Below, in pieces: positions 13,304 to 24,935 of a stretch of DNA of 64,000 nt. The translations under genes were made by a program, and so were the position numbers. The DNA is taken from NCBI GenBank assembly GCA_951406725.2, contig OX597817.1:30566001-30630000 (forward strand), given 5' to 3'. The stretch is from Octopus vulgaris (taxonomy: Eukaryota). Each line of letters begins with the position of its first letter. The first letter of the stretch is position 1. The notes under the pieces were generated by a model that saw only the letters and a list, made by a program, of their open reading frames with translations, was not told the DNA's origin and made no database searches.

Positions 13304-13706
13304 CTTTTATTTGTTTCAGTCATTTGACTGTGGCCATGCTGGAGCACCACCTTCAGTCGAGCAAATCGACCCCCAGGACTTATTCTTTGTAAGCCTAGTA
13401 CTTATTCTATCGGTCACTTTTGCTGAACCGCTAAGTTACGGGGACGTAAATGTACCAGCATCGGTTGTCAAGTGATGTTGGGGGGACAAACACCGACACA
13501 CAAACATATACATGCACATATGTATATATATATATACATATATACGATGGGCTTTTTCAGTTTCCATCTACCAAATCCACTCACAAGGCTTTGGTTGGCC
13601 TGAGGCTATAGTAGAAGACACTTGTCCAAGGTGCCACACAGAGGAACTGAACCCAGAACCATGTAGTTCATAAGCAAGCTACTTACCACACAGTCACTCC
13701 TATGCC
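13304..13706 (-). mobile_element. SINE family A (~400 bp, tRNA-like head, internal TA/TG microsatellite)
   Basis: Reverse complement of the family consensus GGCGCAGGAGTGGCTGTGTGGTAAG..GGGTTCAGTCCC...CAGTCAAATGACTGAAACAAGTAAAAG. Confidence 0.9.
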
Positions 13707-13891
13707 TCATAAATTTAGTAGCAGCTTAGAATGTTAGATTCATGGAATTCAAGCCTTTCAGCATATGTTCCAACACTTTATGTTTTGACATGAAAGCATG
13801 TGATAACATTGAACTAAAGTGCCTTCGCTTTGTCTTTGCCTTGGCCATCAATGGTGGTATGAACAACTGAGGATCAGCTATAATAATAATT

Positions 13892-14215
13892 CCGGTGGCA
13901 CGTAAAAAGCACCATCCGATCGTGGCCATTGCCAGCCTCGCCTGGCCCCCGTGCCGGTGGCACGTAAAAAGCACCACCCGACCTTGTCCGTTGCCAGCGC
14001 CGCCCCGACTGGCCTCCATGCTGGTGGCACGTAAAAAGCACCCACTACACTCACGGAGTGGTTGGCGTTAGGAAGGGCATCCAGCCGTAGAAACACTGCC
14101 AGATCAGACTGGGCCTGGTGCAGCCTTCAGGCTTCCCAGACCCCAGTTGAACCGTCCAACCCATGCTAGCATGGAAAGCGGACGCTAAATGATGATGATG
14201 ATGATGATGATGATG
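13892..14215 (+). mobile_element. Family C: RTE-LINE 3'UTR-like retroposon ending in (GAT)n
   Basis: Repeated GGTGGCACGTAAAAAGCACC units, then GTTGGCGTTAGGAAGGGCATCCAG...AACCCATGCTAGCATGG and (GAT)n. Other copies at 21133-21447 (-), 32860-33178, 52190-52368 and 58045-58240 (-). Confidence 0.85.
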
Positions 14216-14439
14216 TCCAGGCCTGTACTTTGGAGACAGATATTCTTTCAGGTGCACATATTCTTTCAGATGACTGTAATGAATGATAAGTGTCATTGGT
14301 CTTGATTATAGTTATTAGTGGGTAGCAAAGCTGTTTCTACTGCTGTTGTTGATGTAGGTGGTGGCAGTACCATTGTTGTAAGCCATTGTGGCAATGCCGG
14401 TAGTATCAGTGAGCATAGCAGTAATGGCAGCAGTGGTAG

Positions 14440-14852
14440 TGGTGAGCTGGCAGAAACGTTAGCACGCCGGGGAAATGCTTAGCAGTATTTTGTCTGCCAT
14501 TACGTTCTGAGTTCAAATTCCACCGAGGTCAACTTTGCCTTTCATCATTTCGGGGTCGATTAAATAAGTACCAGATACGTACTGGGGTCGATATAATCGA
14601 CTTAATCTGTTTGTCTGTCCTTGTTTTTCCTCTCTGTGTTTAGCCCCTTGTGGGTAGTAAAGAAATAGGCAATTTATTTGCCATTACGTTCTGAGTTCAA
14701 ATTCCGCCGATGTCGACTTTGCCTTTCATCCTTTCAGGGTCGATAAATTAAGTACTAGTTACATACTGGGGTCGATATAATCGACTTAATCCGTTTGTCT
14801 GTCCTTGTTTGTCTCCTCTATGTTTAGCCCCTTGTGGGCAATAAGGAAATAT
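14440..14852 (+). mobile_element. Tandem (dimeric) SINE B with long TSD
   Basis: A full copy is followed by a 5'-truncated copy. GTAATGGCAGCAGTGGTAGTGGTG flanks both sides (~14421 and ~14853). Confidence 0.8.
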
Positions 14853-15939
14853 GTAATGGCAGCAGTGGTAGTGGTGGTGGTGATAGAGGTCAGGCAGTGG
14901 TGTTGATGGTAGTGACGGTTATGGTGGTGATACTGGGGGTGTCATGGTGGTGGTGATGGTGGTTGTGGTGGTGGTGGTGGTGATGGTGGTGGTAGGTGGT
15001 GGTGGTGGTGGTGTGGTGATGGTGGTGGTGTGGTGGTGGTGGTGGTGGTGGTGGTGGTGTGGTGGTGTGGTGGTGGTGGTGCTGCTGCCACTGGTAGTGG
15101 TGGTATTTGTGATATTGCTGCTGGGGATGATAGACTGTAGCCAAGGGGCAAGAATGACGATGGGTAAGTAATGCAAACTAATGACATAATAATTATGAAT
15201 AATGACACATTAGATAAAAGCCAAAAAAATAAAAAAAAATTCAACATAAAAGTCACCAACAAGCTTAATCACAAACAACAACTATATTGCAAAAAAAAAA
15301 CCCAAAAATAATACGACAAAAACCAACAACAAAAATAACCAAAAAAAATCATTAAAAAAAACAACAACAACAACAAAACCTCTATTATCATTTGTTCGAA
15401 ATTAATAGTGTTCAGTAGACACTATTCTAAATGTGAGGCAAATAAAAAAAAGTGACCATATACAAAAATATTTTTAAAATTGTTAACTCATTTTTAAATC
15501 AAAATGTTAGATACTTTCTTTTGATGTGGTTCCATTACATTGTTCCATACATTGGTTTTGACCATCACTGGGTCTTACATATATACATGAGCATATTTGT
15601 GGCTTTGACAAGGTATCTCTCTCTCATATTGATTTTTTTTTTTCTATTTTTCTTATGTTTATTCTTTCGTTTCATTTTGCTTTTCTTTGTTTCCATGCAT
15701 TTTTGTATGATTTTTTTTTCCTTCCTATTCAGTTGCTGTTGTTGTTGTTGTTGTTGTTGTTGTTTGGCTATTTATTTTATTTAGTGATATCAAATTTGTA
15801 TATGGGTGAAGGAGTAGGAATAAATACAAACAGATACACATTTAATTATGTGTAATACATATGTATATCTGTAAATGTCTAAACTTATATATATATATAT
15901 ATATAAAACGTGTGTGATATATGTATGTATGTATATCTA

Positions 15940-16062
<123 letters not shown>

Positions 16063-16139
16063 ATATATATGCATGTGTCTGTATAAATATATGTATACAC
16101 ACACATCTATACATATATTTATATATATATATATTTATG

Positions 16140-16175
<36 letters not shown>

Positions 16176-18600
16176 TTGATAAATAGATAGATAGATAGAT
16201 ATGTATATATACATGTGTGTGCGTATGTGTGTATGTGTGTGTGTGTGCGTACGTGCACATGTGTGCAGAAGCACACACAGGTACTCACAGACGCATACAC
16301 ATCTTTTTAACTTAATCTTTCCAAACATAATTTGATCTTCGATCTCTCTTTTGTTAAGATATAAATATAGAGCTAATAATAACATAAGGGAAGGGAGATA
16401 AAAATGTGAAACATTAATTGAAGAGAAATACAATACAAATAAAGGCAAGAGTGAAGAGAAGAAAAAAAGGAGATAAGGACAGAATGTGGATAAAGTGTTA
16501 GAGAATGAAACAAACAAATCGGGGAAAGAAAACCAGAGTAAGGAAATGATGGTGAAGTAATGTTGAAAGGAGTAAAGAAAATTTAAAACAAACAAGAAAA
16601 AGAAACAAGAGAATGTGTAGAATTGCACGGTTGAGCACAATATAAAAGGGAATGTTAAATAAAGAGAGTGATAGAAGAGAGGAAGAGTGTGAAGAGGTAA
16701 CGTGAGTACATGAGATTGAGAATCCACACGAACAGCATAATTTATATCTACTGCTCTTATTGTCACTTTAGGGGTGATTTTGTTTTATCTAAATATGTAG
16801 TATATTGGGATTTCTAACATTATATGTCTTTAAAGGGGATTTTCCTTGATGAAAACTGCAGCCTATAGATTTTCTACTACACACATACAGTAAGTACGTT
16901 ATATTGATAAAGTTTGTATTATAGAGCTGCTTCTATTGCATATTTCGTATTTTATTCAGCTTATGCAGTGTTTTGGCAAACCAGTGTATAGTTTATATAC
17001 TTTCTCTATATACTTCAGACTAGATGATTCAAACTTGCTTCAGGTTTAACATGAGTATGTGACCTTAAGAAGCTGTAACAATAGCAAAATACATATCTGT
17101 TACTCCCATGGTAACTTTTGAGGCAATTTCATTTTGCCTGTCTCTGAAGTATATTTGTGAATTTAAACACAATATTTCTGTAAAAGGATTTTTCTTTAAC
17201 AAATATCACAACCTCTTGCTTTTCAACAATACATATATTAATAGTGTTTTATTGATGAAATAAAACACTATAGAGCTGATTACACACATAATTTGATGAT
17301 GATGATGCGTGTGTGTGCTTGGGGGTTGACCCTTATCAGTATTCCCAGACATCGCTGTTTCTAGCTCTTTAACCATTATCAATAGGAAATACCTAAGAGA
17401 GGCAATTCTGGACAGGCACATATCAATCAAAGTTGTTGACTGTATTTTAGTTAAAGCTGTAGCTTTGATAAGGTCTGTACCTCACAAACAAACATCACAA
17501 ATACCAAATTTTTTCTCTCAATGTATCGGACTAACTCCAGCCCAAATCTGATTAAATTAAGAAAATACGTTTATTAAGAAATATAAACCACAACTAAATA
17601 CTCTACAGCAACACAACAGAATGAGAATCAAAAGTTGAAGTAACAGGCATTCTCTGGGGTTCAAAACCTTAACTTCAATCTACTGTACAATTACACCTTT
17701 TACATTCCACAACACGTAACTAAGGATTAATCAATTAGATGTTATTTTTGGTCAAAACTGGACCTCTAGTAAAAAGAAATAAACATTCAGCTGATCAAGA
17801 AAGCAGGAAAACAAGTGGCATCTTAAGGGAATTAGCCAACTGAAATACTGGAAGACTGTCAGGCAAAAATAAGTGACCAAAACATTTGATAAACAAATGA
17901 TTTATGAAAAAAATCAACCAACTGGGATACTGGACTTCTATTAGACAGCAACAAGTGACCAAAGCAGTTGATAAGCAAATGCCATCCCCAGGTCGACTAG
18001 CCAGAATGCCAAGCTAAACTATATGACCAGAAAGAACAAATGTCATATTTAGACAGTTGGACAGCCAAAACTCTTGACCACAGATAGACAAGGGTAAATA
18101 ACCTCATTGAGTTTTTAACCAATCAGGGACTTGGATCTATACTATAAAAACCAATATGCATACAAAACAATTTCATCTTAAAAAAGTTCAAATTCTTACC
18201 AGAACCCGATGAGGAAGAATTTCCCTTCATGTACTAAGACAGAAATTATAAAAATATTTTCTTTCTTCCTACTTTTAAAAACTTCACCATATCTTATTGT
18301 TAATGTATTTTGTTGTTTTGAAACCCACTGAACTCTCAATCATGTAATATTGTTGTGAAATTCCTCAAATAATTGAACTTTTGTTACTTTCTATTACTGT
18401 GAAATATATTGAATATTTGAATTTGTATGAACATTTGATTATTTGAACATGTTTCATTGAATTTTCTTCTGTATCTTCAATTACTTTTAAACCATTCTCA
18501 ACAGGAATTTTAAAAACTACAATTTGTATTAACACTCAGGTGCACTTTCAATCTCAAGACTAACTCTCCTCCATTCCTTCGTGCATGGAAATAAACATCT

Positions 18601-18635
<35 letters not shown>

Positions 18636-18959
18636 ATAATAGTAGGGAATATAATTCCAAAACTTACAAGGAAAAATTCGATTTAACAATTTTAAATCAA
18701 ATTTCACAATATATAATATATAAATATATAATTTAGAGAAAAACCTCTATTAAGTAATTCAATAATGAAAGATGTTATTCACACCATATAGAAAACATAT
18801 ACTATAAAAACATAGCCACGAAACGTGCATAGTCTTTTTACTACTGTTTACTATTTATTGTACTTTATTGATTTTCAGAATAAGGTTTTTATAGTAAATG
18901 TTTTCTATATGGTGTGAATAACATCTTTCATTATTGAATAGTTTAATAGAGGTTTTTTT

Positions 18960-19375
18960 CTCTAAATTCTCTTTGTGAATGGTGATTCTTTGACAGAGCA
19001 AAATTCCTGTTTGTCCAATATAGAGTTTACCACATCCTATGCATGTCATGACATAGATTACATTTGCTGAGGCGCAGGTGAAATTTGATTTGATTTATGT
19101 CATGACATGCATAGGATGTGGTAAACTCTATATTGGACAAACAGGAATTTCACTCCGTCAAAGAATCACCATTCACAAAGAATAAATCTGTCACCCACAA
19201 TACAGACAGTTAAAGGTGAGTGAACACATAGAAAGATATGCCAGGAATCTTAATCCCAATTTCCAAATATTTCCCTTTTACCAATGTTCACAGAACACCA
19301 CGATGCAACAAAGGTTGAATAAAGAGGCATTTTTCATCAATAAATTCCTCCCCCAACTAAATATGAACACACAAC
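18960..19375 (+). pseudogene. PLE GIY-YIG endonuclease fragment with inverted 5' duplication
   Basis: + strand reads IYVMTCIGCGKLYIGQTGISLRQRITIHKE*..KVSEHI..FQIFPFYQ..RLNKEAFFINKFLPQLN. An inverted copy on the minus strand (18972-19090) reads NFTCASANVIYVMTC. Confidence 0.8.
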
Positions 19376-19785
19376 TCAATACAGAATGCCACTAACTCTT
19401 CAATTGAAACCACTAAACCCTATACATTTCCTATACCACTCACATCTCTAAATCCAGAACTACTTACCTCCCTTACAAATAATCTTTTTTCTCAGGAACT
19501 ATTAGACCTGACACCGTCTATTAACCGGTGTTGTTCAAACGATGAATAGATTTGCGTAAACTATTGGTTCGTTTTGTTCTCTTACTTTATTATCATCTTA
19601 TAATCATCTCATAATAATGACTTTTATGACTCGTATTACTACCTCAGTCAATCTAAATGTATATATTTGTCGTTACCTGTCATAAATAGCCTTTTTCTAT
19701 TTGCAATATGCATTTTCGTTGATTTTTCATATTTTACCCTTACATTTCCACGTGTATTTTATAATTTCTTTTCGTAACATATTTC

Positions 19786-19839
<54 letters not shown>

Positions 19840-19904
19840 GGATGGATAGATGGATGGAGAGAGAGAGACAGACAGAGAGAGATCGATCAAACATAAAGTA
19901 TTCT

Positions 19905-20143
19905 TTTTAAGCCCTATGGACACATAAGGACTGATTTACCAATTTCTGTAACTTATATATATTTATCCACTAGACAGAACACCAGTCCATCACAAAAATT
20001 ACTCATTTTTGCCAGTTGAGTGGACTGGAGCAATATAAAATGAAATGTTTTGCCCAAGAACACGTGTTGTCTGGTTCAGGAACTGAAACCACAATTTTAT
20101 GATCATGTGTCCAACACCTTAACCACTAGGCCACATGCCTTCA
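19905..20143 (-). mobile_element. Diverged tRNA-derived SINE family E
   Basis: Homologous to 51580-51820 (TTACTCATTTTTGCCAG.TGAGT.GACTGGAGCAAT..GTTTTGC.CAAGAACAC). Confidence 0.7.
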
Positions 20144-20439
20144 CATCAACATGGTTGATCAATGTGGTGATTCTCATTATTTGAAATAGTGGTCACATCT
20201 CCCTCAAATCAGACCAATGAAATTTCAACCAAGGGAGTTTGAAGTTATTTTTCATTGTGGGTCACAATAATATAGTCATCAGAATAGATATGAGAAACAA
20301 AAACGTAAGATTTAGGGTTCGAACACGTGAGGTTGAATAACTTTTGTGCAGCAGCATTCATAAATATTCTCTTAGTAATCTCCGAAAGTGACTGAAAAAA
20401 CTATTGCAAGGTACATGGCAAATTACACAGGAACATTTA

Positions 20440-20790
20440 TATTATCCTGTTTCACTCAACCACTGATTGAAAATGAGTCTCCATCAATTACAACATGTGC
20501 TCTCATCTTGTCATCAAAGGATTTGCTAATACTTTTAAATTTATTAGGATAACCAAGCTTTCTGTGAATTACCAATAATGCATCATGATCAATTGAATCA
20601 AAGGCCTTGGTAAGGTCAATAAAGCAATGATAGAGATCAAGTGGCTGTTCAATCCATTTTTTTTTTTTGTAATAACCAAGTTGAACATATCATGTCATTG
20701 GTTCCTTGTCCAACAAGGAAACCTGATTGAAACTTCGGAAGAAGGGATATTTCAATGTGCTAAATGAACCTATCAAGAATAACTCCTGAA
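20440..20790 (-). pseudogene. Decayed RTE-type LINE RT fragment
   Basis: Translation LLPKFQSGF..GQGTNDMI....LYHCFIDLTKAFDSIDHDAL...LGYPNKF. Confidence 0.7.
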
Positions 20791-21132
20791 AATATATCTT
20801 TTAACATGTTCTCCCATGCCTTCATTTTTCTATCGCTATATCCCCCACTTTCTCTTTCTGGCCCTTTATTTTACTAATTATATTTCTGATGTCAATCAAA
20901 GACTCTCCTAAAGCATGTTCAGCTAAAGCCAAACCCCGACAACAAAGCAACATCATAACTTTACCCACCCACATTAATCAACATACATAAAATTACTCAC
21001 ACCAGTGATGTATGTGTAGATATGTATGTATGTGTGTGTGTGTGTGTGTGTGTTTATGTTATGTATGCATGTTTATATTATGTTATGTATGCATATGCAG
21101 CATGTATGTAATATTTGCATGTATATTATATA

Positions 21133-21447
21133 TCATCATCATCATCATCATCGTTTAACGTCCGTTCTCCATGCTAGCATGGGTTGGACGGTTCGACCGA
21201 GGATCTGGGAAGCCAGAAGGCTGCACCAGGCTCCAGTCTTATCTGGCAATGTTTCTACAGTTGGATGTCCTTCCTAACGCCAACCACTCCGTGAGTGTAG
21301 TGGGTGCTTTTTATGTGCCACCTGCACAGGTGCCAGGCGAGGCTGGCAACGGCCACGGTCAGATTGGTGCATTTTATGTGCCACCGGCACGGAAGCCAGT
21401 CGAGGCGGCGCTGGCATCGGCCACGAGTCGGATAGTGCTTTTTACGT
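21133..21447 (-). mobile_element. Family C copy
   Basis: Reverse complement of 13892-14215, starting with (CAT)n. Confidence 0.85.
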
Positions 21448-21760
21448 ATATACCTATGTGTTTATGTATGTATATATGTATGTATAGCTATATTTGGTGT
21501 TAGTTTTCTCCTTAAAACATGGCCAGATATGATAACTGTCATCTCCTCTGTGGAGTCTAGTCATAACATCTGGTCATGGTGTAAAAAGAGGAATAAATAA
21601 CAAACATCCTTATTCTGCTGATATCATTGATTTCTTTCTTATTGCTTATTATTACGTTCACGTGATTGAATTCTATCGATCCAGCTTTCTATCAATATAT
21701 GTATGCGTATATGGAGGTATGAATATATTTTTGTATGTGTGTATACTATTATACAAACAT

Positions 21761-21813
<53 letters not shown>

Positions 21814-21823
21814 CATGTATATT

Positions 21824-21857
<34 letters not shown>

Positions 21858-21879
21858 ATATGTATGCATGTATGTATGT

Positions 21880-21916
<37 letters not shown>

Positions 21917-21923
<7 letters not shown>

Positions 21924-22785
21924 CGGGAAGCTTTATGAAAATAGACAAAAGACGAAGGCAGGTGGAAAACAAACGAACAATTGTATTAGTATGGCGCTCA
22001 GGAAATATAAATAAAACAAGTCTTTAACGTTTCGAGCCTACGCTCTTCAACAGAAAGATACACAGAGAGAAAAAAACACAGAAAGAAGGAGAGAAAAAAA
22101 TGCGTGCAGTAGCTAACGAATCAACATGGCGATCTGATTTCGGCCAGAGGTCAAAGATCAAACATGAGACGCGAGAGCGAAATAAGGGGAGATAATAGGG
22201 TTGATAATAGGGTTGATAATAGGGTTGAAGGACCAGCTAATAGTGCGTAGGAGAGGTCTGGACGTGTGTATGTATAGGGTTGGTGTATGTATTAGTATGT
22301 ATAAGGGTGTGTGTGTGTGTGTGTGTGTGTATGAGAGAGTATTAGTGCGTAGGATTGGTCTGGACGTGCGTATGTATGGGGTTGGTGTATGTATTAGTAT
22401 GTATTAGTATGTATTAGTACGTATTAATATGTATAAGTGTGTGTTTGTGTGTATGAGAGAGTATAAGTGCGTATGAGGGGTCTGGACGTGTGTATGTATA
22501 GGGTTGGTGTATGTATTAGTATGTATTAGTATGTATTAGTACGTATTAGTATGTATTAGTTGGTGTATGTATTAGTATGGCACATCATATATGATGTGAT
22601 GTGTAAAGTCGTGTGGTGTAGTGAGGAGAAGAGGGGGAGGGGGAGAAGAGGGGGAGAGAAGGGGAGGGGAAGAAGAGGGGGAGGAGAGGGGGGAAGAGGA
22701 GAGGGAGAAGGAAGGGGAGGAGGGGTGAAAGGATGAAGGACTGAAGAAGTAGGGGTCGGGGGGAAAGGATAGGTGAGGAGGGGGG
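21917..22785 (-). repeat. 3' pseudo-LTR of the PLE
   Basis: Matches 26291-27233. Contains three ~110-130 bp internal subrepeats (TAGTGCGTA..GGTCTGGACGTG), (GTATTAGTAT)n and a polypurine tract. Confidence 0.92.
22021..22058 (-). ncRNA. Minimal type I hammerhead-like ribozyme in the pLTR (core variant CUGUUGA)
   Basis: Minus strand reads UCUUU CUGUUGA A GAGC GUAG GCUC GAAAC GUU|AAAGA. Stem I is UCUUU/AAAGA, stem II is GAGC/GCUC, and a palindromic ACGU replaces stem III. Confidence 0.7.
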
Positions 22786-24847
22786 AGAGTGGGTTAGATG
22801 AGGAGGGGGGAGAGTTGAGACCAAATGGCGTATAAGAGCGAAGAGAGAAGATTAATTCCTGTTCACGGCGCAAACGGGAATCCGGATGGCCTCTGTGTAA
22901 GGACAAACCGAACACAGATAGGTGTTGCAAGGAGTGACCGGTGGAGCGGAAATGGCGTGAGACCGGTGTGTCGTTCGCAAGGTGGATGTCACGAAGGTGT
23001 TCCGCAAACCGGTCAGCCAAGCGGCGTCCCGTTTGTCCGATGTATAAGGAATTGCAGAGAGAGCAAGAGATGCAATAGATAATATTGCTGGAGGTGCAGG
23101 TGAAGGAGTGGATGATGGGATAGGGTCGATGGTGGGTGCTAGTGAGGCGGGTGGTGTTGGAGAGGTAAGGGCAAGTGCGGCAACGTGGGCGGGAGCAGGG
23201 GAACGAGCCGGGTTGAGAGGTAGGGTCAGGGAAGGAGCTATGGACCAAAAGGTCTCGAAGGTTGTGGGCTCGTTTGAAAGAGGGGAGGGGTCGGTTAGGG
23301 AAGAAGTGTGAAGTGGACGGGTCGGACTGGAGATGACGGAAAGCTCGAAGAATGGTGCGTTGGAGACGTAGGGTCGTGGGGTGGTAAGTGAGGGGAAAAG
23401 GGAGGCGGGAGACTACAGGACGGGTTCGGGGAAAGAGAGCAGATACACGGTCCACGGACCGTGCTCTGGCAAGGGCGGTGTGGATAGTGGTGAGGGGGTA
23501 TCCACGTAGGGTGAAGTGGTGAGCCATACGTTGAGACTGAGTCTCAAAGTCATGGTCGTCACTACAGAGCCTACGTAGACGGAGGAACTGGGAATAGGGG
23601 ATGGAAAGCTTGGTGTGTTCTGGGTGGGAGGAAGAGAAGTTGAGGTATGAGTGTGAGTCTGTGTGTTTGTAGTGAATGGAGGTGGTAAGAGTGGAGTGAA
23701 GAATGCTAACCGAAATGTCGAGGAAGGAGACAGAGGTGTTGGAGATAGTGGAAGTGAAGTGGAGGGCTGGATGGAAAGATTGGACGAAAGAGAGGAAGGA
23801 ATCTAGATGTTCGCGGGAGAGTGAGGTGGCACCGATAATGTCGTCGATGTAACGACCATATAGTTCAGGAGTGGGACCAGTGAAATTAGAGAATATTTGG
23901 GCCTCAACATACCCAACGAACAGGTTCGCATAGTTGGGGCCCATTCGCGTTCCCATGGCCACTCCCGAGACCTGATGGTAGAACTCGCCCGCGAACGAGA
24001 AGCAGTTCAGAGTAAGGACAAGTTCGGCCAGACGAATGAGTGTGGAGGTGTCAGGTACAGGGTTAGAGCGGAGGTCAAGAAAGTGTCGAAGGGCCTGCAG
24101 TCCTTCGTGGTGAGGGATAACAGTATAGAGGCTTTGGATGTCCATAGTAAAAAGGATTTTGGAGGAGCCGGGAGGAAAGGAGAAAGAGTTGAAAAGCCGG
24201 AGAGCATGGTTGGTATCGTGGATGTGGGAGGGAAGAGATGCCACTAGGGGGGCAAGGACACGGTCGAGGTATTTAGAGATGAGCTCCGTGGGGCAGTTAC
24301 AGGCGGAGACGATGGGGCGGCCAGGGTTGTTGGGTTTGTGGATTTTGGGGAGGAAGTAAATGGTGGGGGTACGTGGGGTTCGCACAATTAGGTTGGATGC
24401 GGTGCGGGGGAGACGGGAGGACGAGATGAGGTCGTGGACAGTAGAGGATACCGTCTGTTGGTAGCTACGTGTGGGGTTAGAGGGCAGAGGGGAATAGAAG
24501 GAGGTGTCATTGAGTTGGCGGAAAGACTCGGCCCTATAGAGGTCCGCGCGCCACACCACTACAGCTCCACCCTTGTCAGCCGGTTTGATGATAATGTCAG
24601 CGCGCCGTTGGAGGGAACGAAGAGCCAAGAGCTCAGCCGGGGAGATGTTTAGGCGGCGTTGGTGCCTGGAGAAGTTGAACCGCTCCAATGCACGCTGACA
24701 AGCGCCCACGAAAAGATCCACTGCTAGGATCTGGCCAGGGGCAGGCGTCCACGGGGATGGTCGGCGGCCCAGGCCAGTGAAGCAGTCTTCTTCGTTGGGT
24801 GTGGGTGGCGAGTCGTGGTAATGCGCACCCAACCGGACACGGCGCAC
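22556..24847 (-). CDS. Penelope-like reverse transcriptase + GIY-YIG endonuclease (main open frame)
   Basis: Motifs IIIKPADKGGAVVVW, YFLPKIHK..PGRPIVS, DIQSLYT, GVAMGTRMGP, RYIDD, SFLD, linker CSRPRCRTC, NIIYCISCSLCNSLYIGQTGRRLADRFAEH and ..RRREQELI..PFGLN. The frame is open further upstream (VVTIPPDLPLSAAERSVLGRGLRFIP). The Pro-rich tail after GLN (~22810) is probably read-through into the pLTR. Confidence 0.95.
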   Translation of the reverse strand: MRRVRLGAHYHDSPPTPNEEDCFTGLGRRPSPWTPAPGQILAVDLFVGACQRALERFNFSRHQRRLNISPAELLALRSLQRRADIIIKPADKGGAVVVWRADLYRAESFRQLNDTSFYSPLPSNPTRSYQQTVSSTVHDLISSSRLPRTASNLIVRTPRTPTIYFLPKIHKPNNPGRPIVSACNCPTELISKYLDRVLAPLVASLPSHIHDTNHALRLFNSFSFPPGSSKILFTMDIQSLYTVIPHHEGLQALRHFLDLRSNPVPDTSTLIRLAELVLTLNCFSFAGEFYHQVSGVAMGTRMGPNYANLFVGYVEAQIFSNFTGPTPELYGRYIDDIIGATSLSREHLDSFLSFVQSFHPALHFTSTISNTSVSFLDISVSILHSTLTTSIHYKHTDSHSYLNFSSSHPEHTKLSIPYSQFLRLRRLCSDDHDFETQSQRMAHHFTLRGYPLTTIHTALARARSVDRVSALFPRTRPVVSRLPFPLTYHPTTLRLQRTILRAFRHLQSDPSTSHFFPNRPLPSFKRAHNLRDLLVHSSFPDPTSQPGSFPCSRPRCRTCPYLSNTTRLTSTHHRPYPIIHSFTCTSSNIIYCISCSLCNSLYIGQTGRRLADRFAEHLRDIHLANDTPVSRHFRSTGHSLQHLSVFGLSLHRGHPDSRLRREQELIFSLRSYTPFGLNSPPSSSNPLSPLLTYPFPPTPTSSVLHPFTPPPLPSPSPLPPSPPPLLPLPFSPPLLPLPLFSSLHHTTLHITSYMMCHTNTYTN

Positions 24848-24935
24848 AAAGCTGTGGACATCAACTCGCGTCTGGAATTCCTTACAGGATGGAGTGAGGG
24901 GGATGAAACGCAGACCCCTACCAAGGACGGAGCGT

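Noticed and set aside
17320-18600. Possible additional decayed PLE end (..FIKKYKPQLN)
   Set aside because: Only a short motif match; too degraded to call with confidence.
22200-22570. Regularly spaced repeats resembling a CRISPR array
   Set aside because: Internal subrepeats of the pLTR with microsatellite spacers; eukaryotic context and no cas genes.
22825-24652. Plus-strand ORFs overlapping the PLE RT
   Set aside because: Antisense shadows of a GC-rich coding region.
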